Positions 42,509 to 56,913 of a DNA stretch of 64,000 nt are shown in pieces. Each line of letters begins with the position of its first letter. Position 1 is the stretch's first letter. The notes beneath the pieces are model-generated. The model was given only the letters and a program-made list of their open reading frames with translations. It made no database searches and was not told the DNA's origin. The position numbers and the translations under genes are program-made. Origin of the DNA: Chrysomallon squamiferum (taxonomy: Eukaryota; Animalia; Mollusca); NCBI GenBank assembly GCA_012295275.1, contig CM022667.1, forward strand, positions 6,820,001 through 6,884,000. The letters run 5' to 3'.

Positions 42509-43194
42509 TTACAGCTTTCTCTATGTTCTAGTATTTATGTGTATATGTGTGTGTCTGTGTTTATAAATGTGGGTGTACGTTTGTGTGTACATCTTTGTAT
42601 GTTTGTTTTGTGTGTGTGTGTGTGTGTGTGTGTGTATCTGTATGTGTGTGTGTGTGTGTGTGTGTTCATAAAGGTATGTCTTTTTTGTTTCCTCTCATAA
42701 AGCTGTTTCAATCCTTCAATACAATTTGTTTTTTAATTTTTAATTTTATTTTGCTTAATAACAATAGCAAAAAAAAAAAAAATAAATAAATAGTAATAAC
42801 ATCAAAAAATTAATAAATTTTGTTAGGATACTGTATAAAGATAAGGAAGACTTTACAAAAAAAAAAAAAAAAAATTTGACACATTTTCATTTACATAATT
42901 TCTCTTTCGAAAGAAGCAAATTAAAAAGTAAAAATAACTCAGACCCCTGACTGCAGTAAAGTCTGTAAGAGAGTAAAAACATAACTCAGTCTGTCCCAAC
43001 AATGACTGCTTCTTCAAACAAAATACTGAAACAGAAAACACACGTTTCAGTTAAACAACCATAACAACAACAACAGCAATGATGTAAAACCACAGTAACA
43101 GTAATAACAATGACAAAAATAACACAACAATAAAAATTAAAAAAACATTTTAAAATTAAAAAAAAAAAAAAAAAAACTCTTCCCACCTTCAAAA

Positions 43195-43960
43195 ATACAA
43201 AAACAATACTGAAAACCACAAAATACATTTTACAACAAAATGTAAAAACATTCACAAAATACTGAAAAACACACATTTTACAAAAATACTGTAACATTCA
43301 CAAAATAAATACTGAAAACACACATTTTACAACTTGTAACATTCACAAAATACTGAAAAACACACATTTTTTTACAACTTTTCACAAAATACTGAAAACA
43401 TTCACAAAATACTGAAAAACACAAAACTTTTTCACAACTTGTAACACTCACAAAATACTGAAAAACACACATTTTACAACTTGTAACATTCACAAAAAAA
43501 ACAACAAATCAAAATACTGAAAACACACATTTTTACATTCCAAAATACTCCAGTGCAGTATCTCTCCATTTATCATAGCTGACTTGTCGCCAAACACACA
43601 TTTTACAACTTGTAACATTGACAAAGATGGACGGAGGACATGTGAAAACTTTTACAACTTGGGCAAAATACTGAAAACACACATTTTACAACTGCTGCTA
43701 GGTAATCTGAAAAACATTTTAAAGTTTTGAGAGAAAAAACACATTTTACAAAACAAAAATACTGAAAAACACAAGCCGCCGTTGCCATGGTGTTCAGTTG
43801 ATGGATGGTGCAACATTTTACAACTTGTAACATTCACAAAATACTGACACCAGTGAGTGATTCTAGATTTTATATCTTATGATGTGAAAATACAAAACAC
43901 ACATTTCCCCAGTCCAAGATGGATGCCGTCTGTCAGAATCAGTCATCTAGTGAAAAAACA
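43195..43960. repeat. ~42-bp repeat fragmented and interleaved with unique sequence
   Basis: Consensus ATTCACAAAATACTGAAAAACACACATTTTACAACTTGTAAC; partial units alternate with unrelated 15-40 nt stretches after ~43545. Confidence 0.75.
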
Positions 43961-44212
43961 CACCACCTAACAGCCTGACTCCTTTCATGGACGGAGGACG
44001 TCAGCAGGTAATCACAAAAAACCTCTCTTCACACAGCCACACAGACAGATTTTACATGATGTGAAACACAGACACACAGACACACACACAAACACACACA
44101 GCACACACACACACACAGCAGTCGAAAACCTCTCACACACACACAGACATACACACAGACACACAGACACACACACAGACACACAGACATACACACACAG
44201 ACATACACACAG

Positions 44213-44246
<34 letters not shown>

Positions 44247-44677
44247 ACACACAGACACAGACAGACACTTTTATGTATATAATGTATAATGTGTGTGTGT
44301 GTGTGTACATAACATATAGTCATATATATTTATATTACCTGACTGCTTTTATGAGAAAAACAAATAAAATAATTATAACACTGTTTTCTACAGAAAAGTG
44401 TTTTTTTTAAACATTGTTTTTGTACTGCACTGCTCTGATGTGAGGTGACAGTGAAGACTCACAAGAGTTCTACAAGTCACATCTCCTCACTCACAGGTCC
44501 CAGTCTGCTTACTGTCTCAGTTTAGATAATTCCCACTATCAACCACTTCTCCAGCAACAGGTGTGCTTCAAGTACTAATCAACCGATCATCACTAATCCA
44601 ACAATTTAAGTAGTTGTCACTAATCCAATGTACTATCAGTAATGTAGTTGTCTAATTTCCCTAACTAACACACATAA

Positions 44678-45220
44678 CTTGTACAGATCTACATTAACAC
44701 ACACTGTGTATTGTACAGATCTACATTAACACACACTGTATATTTTACAGATCTATGTTAACACACACTGTATATTGTACAGATCTACATTAACACACAC
44801 TGTGTATTGTACAGATCTACATTAACACACACTGTGTATTGTACAGATCTACATTAACACACACTGTATATTGTACAGATCTACATTAACACACACTGTG
44901 TATTGTACAGATCTACATTAACACACACTGTGTATTGTACAGATCTATGTTAACACAGTGTATTGTACAGATCTACATTAACACACACTGTATATTTTAC
45001 AGATCTACATTAACACACACTGTGTATTGTACAGATCTATGTTAACACAGTGTATTGTACAGTCTACATTCACACTGTGTATTGTACAGATCTACATTAA
45101 CACACACTGTGTATTGTACAGATCTACATTAACACACACTGTATATTGTACAGATCTACATTAACACACACTGTGTATTGTACAGTCTATGTTAACACGC
45201 TGTGTATGCTAATTGTACAG
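44678..45220. repeat. 32-bp minisatellite, ~17 copies
   Basis: Unit ACACACACTGTGTATTGTACAGATCTACATTA. Confidence 0.95.
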
Positions 45221-46691
45221 GCTGTGTTACAGAGATATACAACAGCAGCTGTTTAAGATGAAATGTAAAATAGAATTATCTTGTATGCAGGACGGTGATG
45301 TATTCCTCAAACAGACACCTGGGGAAATCAGGCTCCAACACAACAGATAAACCAATGTCTGCTGACCACTGGGTGGACAAAGCTTCGGCCGTCAACCGTC
45401 TAGTCATCTTAGATAAAGCCTATCAATCAGCTGACCTGACATGACCTTCCCACTTGCGTAAGGTCAAAGTACAACAGCCTAAAGGTCAGACAGGACAAAG
45501 GAAGCTGGTTAGCTGAGGTCACTGATTGTAAAACTGTTGTCTTAACTTTTTACTTATGTAAACCTTTAACAGTGTTGTTGTTGCTGTAGTAGTTGTAGTA
45601 GAGGTAGACTTTATTGCTGTAGTTGTTGTTGTTGAAGTAGAGATATTTATTACTATAGTAATAGTGGTGGCAGTCAGTGTTGATTAGTAATGGTAATTGA
45701 GGTAGTAGTGATGGTTGATGTTGTAGTTGTAACTGTAGTTGAAGTAGTGGTCGTCACTAGTAATTACTCTAGTATACATATATGTATGTAACTCATTGAC
45801 AATAGAAATAATAATAGTAGTTCCAATAGTAGTAGTAGTAGTTGTAGTAGTAGTAGTAGTAGTAGTAGCATAGTAAAGATGTATGTGTGTAATTTCATTG
45901 ATAAGAGTAGAATTAATAGTAGCAGTAGTCCGAAAATTGTAGTAGTACTTCCAGAAGTAGTAGTAGTAGTAGTAGAAAAAATAAAAATGAAAAGACATCT
46001 TAAATTTATGCAACTGATTTTAAGACAGCTTTTACTATCCTGATGAACTGCCATTACTTCAATGTGAACAGAATTATTAACAACCTTTCAAAAAAAGTAG
46101 CTAACTAACCAAGTTAACACGGACCCTGCTTTAACATTTAGTCAGTGATTAACATGTACAAGTTTGAGATTTGTGGTTAAACACAGCAGAGCTGTGTAGT
46201 ATTAATTAATTATTAACAATGGCTTTTGTACAATTAAACAATAGTTATTGACAATGGAATTCATACAATTAAAACAATGGAGTGGGCTACTATCAAACAA
46301 ATTAACACAACTCCATTGTCTACCTGACTGATTCATGCATGATATTAACCATCTGTCTGTCTGTCTGTCGAGATTTTATTCTCATTTTAATCTGTTCAAC
46401 TTTAATTCAGGAACTTGTAAAAAAAAAAAAAAAAAAAAAGGAAAAGAAAAAGAAAGACAACAAATAATAAAAACAATACATAATTAAATAAGAAGAAGAA
46501 AGAAAGACTGTGTCTGATTGATAATGTTTAGCCTGGAGACAGTTTAAATTCATCACACCTTTGAGAACACTGTACATGACCTTCACCTTCAGTGATTAAT
46601 GTCTTCGTCTTGCCTGTTTTTCCACTGACGTCCCACATGAGCACAACTACATGAGTGGCAGCTCCATCATCCTTTACTGCCTGACAGCTTG

Positions 46692-47075
46692 ATGTGAAAA
46701 TTTACATCACACACTGAAACATGTGTGTTATCTTAGATATCTGTCACACAGTCATATATTACATAGTTATATTACATAGTTATATTACATTGTTATATAA
46801 TACAATGTGAAAATTTACATCACACTGAAATATGTGTGTTATCTTACATATCTGTTACACAGTCATATATTACATAGTTATATTATATAGTTATATAATA
46901 CAATGTGAAAATTTACATCACACTGAAATGTGTTATCTTAGATATCACTTACATTTTACACAGTCATATATCACACAGTTATATATTACATATTTATTTT
47001 ACATACTGCACAGTTATTATAAATATTACATAGTTATATTTTACATAGTTATATATTACATAGTTATATATTACA
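46692..47075. repeat. ~100-115 bp triplication with ATATTACATAGTT sub-repeats
   Basis: ATGTGAAAATTTACATCACAC at ~46692, 46806 and 46903. Confidence 0.8.
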
Positions 47076-47914
47076 CTGTTTGCAACACAAAGATGTTTTA
47101 CTCTGAACAGATCAGTCTGGTTTGTTTCAGTAGAAAGAAGTTGTAGCTAATTATTACAACTGCAGATCTGAGAAAAACAGGATCAAATCTCCTCAGTGTG
47201 CCTTTTCCCATTCTAGAAAGAATCTCACAAAATGTTTATCTGTGACTGTGTTAATGTGCACATATAAACGTATCGTATGTATGAATGTTGTATAATACAC
47301 ATTTCTTATTGTGTATGTGATTCCACATACACAGATTTTGTGTCTGTTGTACGTGTACATAACTGTGTATGTGTATGTTGGTGAGTATTTATTTTGTGTA
47401 TTTGTTATACGTGTATCTGTCAAAGATCACTGTTGTTGTTGTTGTGACCTATGAGAAATTGAAGGAGAGGAATTTTCTCAACTATGTCACTGAGAAAAAC
47501 ATCACTGACACCTAGCAATTGTTAATAATAAATGTATTGTTAACACTCATTATTCTCGTCTAATTATCTCAACACATTTTTTAAAAACATTTTTCTTCTT
47601 TATATTTATTTCTTTTTTGTGTTTTTCTTTCATTTCAATTTACACAAAGGTAAAGCAGTGACATTTTCAATTCATTTAACCTGGCCACTATAATTAATAA
47701 TTTAAAGCCATAGAAATAAATAAAATAAATGTGTTTATCACACATATATGAAATATGCATGTGCATGTTTGTGTGTGTCCCTGCATGAGTGTGTATTTTA
47801 TATGTGATGCATGTTCATATGCATCTATGTATGTATGTATATACATACGTATGCATGCATGTATATATGTGTGTATGTATGTGTCTGAGTGTGTGTATAT
47901 GTATATAAAGAGCA

Positions 47915-48042
47915 CTTATGTGTGCGTGTGTGTGTGTGTGCAGTGTATATAAATATATGTATGTGTTTGTGTGTGTGTGTGTGTGTGTATATAAATATAT
48001 GTATGTGTTTGTGTGTGTGTGTGTGCAGTGTATATAAATATA

Positions 48043-48082
<40 letters not shown>

Positions 48083-48186
48083 GTATATAAATATATGTAA
48101 GTGTGTGTGTGTGTGTGTGTGCAGTGTATATAAATATATTATGTGTGTATAAATGTGTGTGCAGTGTATATAAATATATATATATA

Positions 48187-48230
<44 letters not shown>

Positions 48231-48367
48231 AATATATGTATGTGTTTGTGTGTGTGTGTGTGTGTGTATATAAATATATGTATGTGTGTGTGTGTGCAGT
48301 GTATATAAATAAATATATGTATGTGTGTGTGTGTGTGTGTGTGCAGTGTATATAAATATATGTGTGT

Positions 48368-48401
<34 letters not shown>

Positions 48402-48574
48402 AATATATGTATGTGTTTGTGTGTGTGTGTGTGTGCAGTGTATATAAATATATGTATGTGTTTGTGTTTGTGTGTGTGCAGTGTATATATATAAATATAT
48501 GTATGTTTGTGTGTGTGTGTGTGTGTGTATATAAATATATGTATGTGTGTGTGTGTGTGTGTGTGTGTGCAGTG

Positions 48575-48621
<47 letters not shown>

Positions 48622-48700
48622 ATATGTATATAAATGTGCAGTGTATGTATATGTGTTTGTGTGTGTGTGTGTGTGTGTATATAAATATATGTATGTGTGT

Positions 48701-48732
<32 letters not shown>

Positions 48733-48798
48733 AATATATGTATGTGTATGTGTGTGTGTGTGTGTGTGTGTGTATATAAATATATGTATGTGTGTGTG

Positions 48799-48835
<37 letters not shown>

Positions 48836-49100
48836 AATATATGTATGTGTTTGTGTGTGTGTGTGTATATAAATATATGTATGTGTATGTGTGTGTGTGT
48901 GTGTGTGCAGTGTATATAAATATATGTATGTGTATGTGTGTGTGTGTGTGTGTGTATATATATAAATATATGTATATATGTGTGTGTGTGTGTGTGTGTG
49001 TGCATATAAATATATGTATGTGTGTGTGTGTGTGTGTGTGTGCAGTGTATATAAATATATGTATGTGTATGTGTGTGCAGTGTATATAAATATATATGTA

Positions 49101-49148
<48 letters not shown>

Positions 49149-49342
49149 AATATATGTATGTGTGTGTGTGTGTGTGTGTGTGTATATAAATATATGTATG
49201 TGTATGTGTGTGTGTGTGTGTGTGTGCAGTGTATATAAATATATGTATGTGTATGTGTGTGTGTGTGTGTGCAGTGTATATAAATATATGCATGTGTTTG
49301 TGTGTGTGTGTGTGCAGTGTATATAAATATATGTATGTGTTT
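47915..49342. repeat. Compound array: constant GTATATAAATATATGTA core separated by variable-length (TG)n
   Basis: Roughly 30 or more cores, about half preceded by GCAGT. Confidence 0.95.
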
Positions 49343-50589
49343 TCACGAATAGACAGATATAGATGTGTTTGAAATAAGTAATAAAGGAAACATAAATAAA
49401 TAAATAAATAAATACGTAAATAAATAAACAGGCAGATAGGTAAATAAATACATAAAGAAGTAAAAAATGAGAAAACGGACAGACTGACTGACAGACAGAT
49501 AAAGGAGCGGAGAGATGTGGAGAGATGACAGGCTGTAATTAAGCAGTGTATCTGTGGGGGAAGAGCTGTAGGACGCCAGTGTGTGTATCAAATCTTGACA
49601 AGTGACATGAGTTATGTCTTCCCATCATGCCTGGCGTCAGCCTCATTATCATCATCAGTGAAAAAAATATTTAAAAAAAAAAAAAAAAAAAAATGGCAGC
49701 AGGATACATGAAGGAATTTAAAAACAAACAGCAGCATGGAGTGACATAAGAAGTGAATATGATGCTTCGTCATAGATGATGAATTGGCAGGCGGCTCACT
49801 GGCGAGGCTGTGGCTGCGAGGCTGTTTACATTCGTCTCTTATCACAGTGTTTCTTCACACACAATTAATTAGCCATTCTTCTCCAACCTTTGTTTTCCTC
49901 AACTCTGCTTGTTGAGAAAATACAGTTAATTGTAGGTGTGTTTTTCATTTTGCTCATCAACCAGTTTTATAACAGTGTGATGTAAAATACTGAGTCACTG
50001 ATTTTCCTGTTCCAAACACACTGTACGTACTGAATTACTGGTTTTCCTGTTCCAAACACACTGAATTACTGCTCCGAATAGTAATAAGTATTTCAATCAT
50101 TTTAAACCAGTGTTATGTTCTCTGCCAAGTTAATTACCTTCCATTCTAAACAGAGTTTATAACAACACGTAACAGCTGTAAATAATCACTTGTCTGAGTT
50201 ATTAGTTTTACCATTCCAAACACCTCAACAACTTCAAACATCATCATCACCACTACAACGACATGCACCACTAGTGTTAAAGATACTACTGCCATGACTA
50301 CTAGCTCCCAATAATTTTTTTGTCATCATCAAGATGATCATCATTTAGAACCAGCAACAAAAAGAAATAATCATTCTGTTACTTACGTGAGTGTCACACG
50401 TCTGCTGATCAAAGAGTAAAAAGTGAACTCACACCTGGGACAGATCCTCCCACTTCTATCTCTTCATATATAAATATTTATAGACAGACAGACAGACGTA
50501 CAGGCCAAGAAACTCAATACAGGATGATACACACATAAAATTTGTTATGTATATAAAACATCTATAAAAATGCATATTTGTCTGTATGT

Positions 50590-50638
<49 letters not shown>

Positions 50639-51574
50639 TATATGCATATACACACACATGCATAATATATACATGCTCATACACAGATATACAAAATAAA
50701 TACAAACATGCATACATACATACAGACATGGACATAGACAAACAAATACAGATATTTATTTACATAAATTCTCCATGAATCAAACAACATTATTTAGTTT
50801 TTAGAACATTTTTCTTTTGTTTGTTTATTTGTTTATTTGTTTATTTATTTAGTTAGTTATTTAGTTAGTTAGTTGTTTTTTGTGTGTTTGTTGTTGCTCT
50901 TTAAATAAGACATTCTGTGTAAAAGAAACATTTTTTGAGCTGTCACGTCAGAGTAGATGCGTGAGATGAAATGATTTGTGACGTGTTCGACGTACTTCAC
51001 GTAATTGACTGCGACACTGTCAGAAAACATCAGCGAGCAGTCGAGGAAGAGCAAATTTAATTCCTGCCAACTGACGGGGAGAGAGAGAGCTGTCAGAATT
51101 GTTTACAGCCATTTTTTTATTTATCTGACACTCTTCTGTCTGCAGCAAACAATTTCTTTTCTAAACAACACAGCAGCAGCAGAATGCTGCAGAATAAAAG
51201 AGCCAAGATTAAAATTTAACTGGTGAACATTAAACTAATTTACAGTGTTTCACAACAAAGACATGCTGCTTCTTAGATGCTAAACAGACGTAAAAGTTGG
51301 TACAAGCGATTTAAAAAAAATACATTTATACATCTCAGACATTGTGTGTTAAAAAAACAACTAAAACAAAGTGAAGCAGCAGTAAAGTATGTGTAAAACA
51401 CAGAATGAAAAGTCAGCTTACATGTACACAACCAGTATGCTGATACCAAAACACACACACACAAACCTGTATAATCTGTAATTTAATTCAAACAAATGTT
51501 TACGTGTAGATGACACAGGCTGATCTGCTGTGCAAAACTTGACAAGATCAGCTACAAAAATATTTCTCTTTCAT

Positions 51575-52230
51575 CAGTTACACACTGTTACAGACTGTTA
51601 CACTGAGACACACTGTTACACACTATGACACACTGATACACACTGTTACAGCTACACTGTTACACACTGATACACACTGTTACAGTTACACACTGCTACA
51701 CACTGTTACAGTTACACACTGATACACTGTTACAGCTACACACTGTTACAGTTACACACTGTGACACACTTTGACACACTATTACACACAGTTACACACT
51801 GATACACTGTTACACTGACACACTACACACTGACACACTGACACACTTTGACACACACTATTACACACAGTTACACACTGTTACAGTTACACACTGCTAC
51901 ACACTGTTACAGTTACACACTGATACACACACACACTGTTACAGTTACACACTGTGACACACTGTGACACACTGAGGGTTCTGATCTCTGGACATACCTG
52001 TCTTAAATCACTTGTCCTACCACATCACCACTCTGTACACTGTCACTCACAAGTGTGCAAGTTTGAACATACATGTGTGAACATACAAGTGTGAACATAT
52101 AAATGTGAACATACATTGTGAACATACAAGTGTGAATATATGTGAACATACATGTGTGAACATACAAGTATGAACAGACAAGTGTGAACATACATGTGTG
52201 AACATACAAGTGTGAACATACAAGTGTACA
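51575..52230. repeat. ACACACTGTTACAG-type degenerate repeat and 14-bp GTGTGAACATACA(A/T) repeat
   Basis: 51575-51975 and 52050-52230. Confidence 0.85.
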
Positions 52231-52271
52231 GGTGTAGAAATCTACAGGGATGTCAGGATTTGTGCAATGAA

Positions 52272-52935
52272 TGGAGTAAGAAAAACACACTTTGTCAGTG
52301 TACAGGATGGATGTCAGAAGTGAACTAGGTAGGGCAGTGAGTGGAGTAAGAAAAACACTGAAGTTTGTCAGGATGTGTAACTAGGTAGGGCAGGATGGAT
52401 GTCACAAGTGTACAGAACTAGGGTAGGGCAGTGAGTGGAGTAAGAAAAACACACTTTGTCAGTGTACAGGATGGATGTCAGAAGTGAACCAGGTAGGGCA
52501 GTGAGTGGAGTAAGAAAAACACACTTTGTCAGTGTACAGGATGGATGTCAGAAGTGAACTAGGTAGGGCAGTGAGTGGAGTAAGAAAAACACACTTTGTC
52601 AGTGTACAGGAGTCAGAAAAGGGCACACACTTTGGATGTCAGTGTACAGGAGTGGAAAGAAAAACACACTTTGTCAGTGTACAGGATGGATGTCAGAAGT
52701 GAACCAGGTAGGGCAGTGAGTGGAGTAAGAAAAACACACTTTGTCAGTGTACAGGATGGATGTCAGAAGTGAACCAGGTAGGGCAGTGAAGGTGGTAAGA
52801 AAAAAGAACTTAAGTTTTGTACAGGATGGATGTCAGAAGTGAACCAGGTAGGGCAGTGAAGGTGGTAAGAAAAACACACTTTGTCAGTGTACAGGATGGA
52901 TGTCAGAAGTGAACCAGGTAGGGCAGTGAAGGTGA
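52272..52935. repeat. 70-bp minisatellite, ~9 copies, some scrambled
   Basis: TAAGAAAAACACACTTTGTCAGTGTACAGGATGGATGTCAGAAGTGAACCAGGTAGGGCAGTGAGTGGAG; unit starts at 52441, 52511 and 52581. Confidence 0.9.
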
Positions 52936-53266
52936 CACACGACAGTAAATCAGTGAACTTGGGGTGACACAGCAGATTACTATTTAAAGAGAAATGTCAC
53001 GAGAGGCACTATTACTTAAAAAAAAGATTTTATTGTTACGTACTATCAGCTTGTTACACAGTTCAGTGCTAATGATTTGTTACGTACTATCAGCTTGTTA
53101 CACAGTTCAGTGCTAATCATTTGTCAGCCAGCTTTCACTCACTGTAATTGACAGCACTGCAGTAGCCAGCATGTCAGCTTTGCTAATCTTTTAATCTCAG
53201 ATTAACCTCACTTCATAATTAGAATATTTTCTACAGTAGTGTATTAAACAACGTCTTTTATGATGA

Positions 53267-53314
<48 letters not shown>

Positions 53315-53831
53315 CTATTTAGCTCTGTGTACACATACATCTGTATACACATGACTTATTGTTCCAATAATCAGTAACTTATTTTTACATAACAAGTACT
53401 CTCCTGTTAATGAGAAGGTGATGTAACTTGCTGACTGTTACTAATCAACAACAACACTGAGGAACTCTTTGTTTTTTCTTATATTTTACAAACAATGAAA
53501 CAGCAGCTGCTGTGGAAACACTGACGTGTAGATATACTGATGTGTTAAATATTCACTGGTCTGCATACATAATGAAGTTACTAACAAAATCTAGTTTCAC
53601 TTCACTAGTTTGTCATTAGAACAGATTTACTTAAATGTTTTAAAAGAACACATAAATACACATACAGGTACACACATACACACACATACATATCACACAT
53701 ATATATAACATACACACACACAAACATACATAATCACACACACATATATACACATACACACATACACACACATACATATCACACATATATATAAACATAC
53801 ACATATACACAAACATACATAATCACACACA

Positions 53832-53868
<37 letters not shown>

Positions 53869-53966
53869 ACACACATACACACACATACAGGTACATATCA
53901 CACATATATATAAACATACACCTATACACAAACATACATAATCACACACACACACATTTTCTGATA

Positions 53967-54011
<45 letters not shown>

Positions 54012-55289
54012 AATAATAATAATAACTTTTTTTTTATGTGGAAGTATCTCAATAATATGAATGGAAAGACATACAATCATATACACTGCACAAGCAACAA
54101 GTGAAAAAAATAAATAAACAGTAGAAGTTTGAAGAGAACAGATTTAACATTTAAAGGTTTCCAGTAGGTATATATATAAAAAAAAAAAAAAAAAAAAGAG
54201 TAAAGAAACTAAGTAGTTAATTACATTTGACCATAAAAGCTTTAGTTATCACAATTTGATCAGTGACATTTCAGTGTGTGTATCTGTGTATCTCTGTGTG
54301 TGTGTCTGTGTGTTTGTGTGTGTGTGAATGTGTGTATATCTGTGCATGTCTGTAGGTGTATCTTTGTGTGTGTGTGTGTGTGTGTGTGTGCTGTATATGT
54401 AAAACTATATGATTGTATGTGCATTTGTATGAAGATGAGTATGTGTCCATGTATGTGAATGTCTGTGTGTCCATGTATGTGAAGATGTGTCTGTAACTGA
54501 GTGTATGCACATCTGTGTAAATATATTCATACATAACAGCACATATATCTGACTGTGTGTGTTATTTGTCTGTCTATATAAATATGTACATGAATTCAGT
54601 TTGAGTGTGCTTTTCACATGAATGATTAAAACATTTAAGGACTTTTTTTGTAACAGAATGTCACTGTTTTACTCCATTCAAATCAGACCAAGTCCACTGT
54701 GTAACGCAGTATCTCCACGCAGAGTCTAAATACAAGTGACATACTCACATTTCTGTCATACAGCTTTCTTCTAGGTGTTAGAAAATCAATCAAAATAAAC
54801 CTGCGATTGTTGGAATATTTATAAACAGAATTTGATTACAAAATAGAAAAAAACTTCTCCTTACAAACAAGGAATTTATTGTCTGTCTGCTTTTTAAGTG
54901 TCTTGGAGAATTCTCCTCTTTGTACGTTTAAATTATAAACTTTTTAAAAGTAATACTAAAAAAAAAAAAAAAAAAGAATTTTAATAATTTCTAATGAGGC
55001 AGGTTGTTTTTGTTTCTAATTTACTTCCTTTTTTTTCATAAAAATCTTTTAAAAATAGTTTGTTTTACTTTTTAAATTTTTTTCTTTTTTAAATTGAAAA
55101 GTTAAATGTTAGAATAGAAGTATGTTTTTGAACAAAGCCAGTGAGATCAAAGTTTGCTCTGTGAGATCAAAGATGTCTGCTCAAGTTTTAAAACACAACA
55201 CCTGTCTTTCACAGTTCTCCTCCTTTCACTTACCCCCCCTCCCCGCGACTTACACACCAGGATGACTTGTCCATATCACATACTACCTC

Positions 55290-56105
55290 TGATATGTGTG
55301 CGCCATCTTGGTGACCACAATTATCAAAGTCAGAGTGGATCATCATAAATCAGCAGAAGTTAATGAGATTGCTGTCAGCGTGCTGAATGAAAATGTGCTT
55401 CAAGTTTAAAAAAACAAGCGCGTCTCCTTGCATTGTGTCTGAGGGACGGAGCGGGTAAGAGACAGGCTATCAGTGATATTGAGCACACAGTCAGGGACTG
55501 ATTGATTTACGACCATCGTGTTAGATATAAAATAAATTTGTGTGAAGCAGCTGTACCCTGGAGACGGTGTTCTAAATAGCAACCCGTCATTTCAAGTAAT
55601 CCATCCTGGCCAGTAATCCATTATTTCAGATGCTCACATAAATCTTGCCCTTCTATTTCCACTTTAAGTCCCACCCCTGGGCCCCCCTTGCATGAAAGAA
55701 AATCTATACGGCTATTGTTTGGCATTCATGAATGCACAGTAAAAAGTTGCTTGCCTTTTGCAATAGGTGGGTCTTTTTGTCAGCTGACTTGGACAAGTGC
55801 TCTGTTTCTGACAGCTGCCTGACTCAAGCACATCACATGCAAATCAAACTGCCAGGTTGTCCTAGATAAAAAGTATCTTGTTAAACCGATGCAGGAAATT
55901 TTCTTCATTAACTTTTATTTACGACCTGCTGTGTGACGTGTATGAAAAATAAATGACATGATTTGTGGCATGCTTTGACTGATAAGACATGCCATCAATC
56001 ATCTACCAATTACAAACTCTCATTAACTCATCCACTTTGTTCCAACTTCTACACAAACGATAATAAAAAAAAATAAAAAATTGTCTACAGTGTGATATAT
56101 GCACT

Positions 56106-56187
<82 letters not shown>

Positions 56188-56600
56188 AGTTCACTGAAAT
56201 TGAGAAAAAAAATTAAATATAAATTTTAAAAAATATATTAAAAATAATTGTGAGTGTATGTTTGTGTGTGTGCTTGTGGACATACTAGCATCAATACATA
56301 TTTAAATGAAGAGACGTAGGTAAATCCCAGTGAGAAAAAGAAAAGAAAAAAATTCCTCGTTTCATTAAGTCCCTAGCCGTCGTGTTATCATTGTATTTAA
56401 TGTAAGAGTTAGCCAATATATCTTGCAAACTGTCAAACGAGAGCCAGCCTTCTTTGTTTGCACTGTTGAACAAATACATTTACAATAAAAGCAGGGATGA
56501 TTGATGGGAGTCGAGATTGATTGTTTGAGCGCCACAAAGCGCCTGTGACAGCTGATTGACAATCAAGCCTATGAGATGTGATTGATGTTTCGCGAACAAA
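55290..56600. promoter_or_regulatory. Candidate promoter-proximal intronic enhancer with Hox-Pbx and Meis-type motifs
   Basis: TGATTTATGA (rc 55343-55352), TGATTTACGAC (55503-55513), TGATTGATGG (rc 55992-56001 and 56498-56507), TGACAG plus TGATTGACAA (56546-56562), TGATTGAT (56579). Motif-only evidence. Confidence 0.5.
56109..56184. repeat. (GA)n microsatellite ~0.7 kb into intron 1
   Basis: Direct reading. Confidence 0.95.
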
Positions 56601-56873
56601 CAGCAGATGGTTTCATTCCGACCAGATACCGAGAAATCCCTTGACCCAGTAGTTGTCTTGATTATATCACACAGAGAACAACCTTTCCAAATTCCGTCTT
56701 TCGCATGTTCGACTTATGGTGTACTGTTTTGCCAAATAATTTGTAAACAACCTGATCTTAATAGCCTGTTGACGTCCGACTGTGACAGACTCAATTTGAC
56801 ATGTTAGATCACTGCGAGTCGAGTGATAGGACTCGCAAACAGAATATGAATAAAACAAACGTGACATACTCAC

Positions 56874-56913
56874 TTTTCAGTCGCTTGGGGTAGTTCTGTT
56901 TTCTTCTGGGCAT
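56874..56913 (-). CDS. tsh: Teashirt/tiptop (TSHZ-like) first coding exon: MPRRKQNYPKRLK + 1 nt
   Basis: ATG CCC AGA AGA AAA CAG AAC TAC CCC AAG CGA CTG AAA A|GTGAGT. MPRRKQxxPxR is the characteristic TSHZ/tiptop N-terminus. A tiny first coding exon followed by a huge intron is the known vertebrate TSHZ layout. Related RRKQxxP starts also occur in SALL, FOG and BCL11, so the family call rests on this motif together with the acidic tract and PLDLS. Confidence 0.85.

Noticed and set aside
43195-44030. CRISPR-like repeat/spacer appearance
   Set aside because: Eukaryotic intron, repeats of variable length and completeness, no cas genes; better explained as a degenerate or mis-assembled minisatellite.
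53969-54007. Long poly(T) run as a retrocopy or SINE tail
   Set aside because: No recognisable element body or target-site duplication; long A/T runs are common throughout the window.
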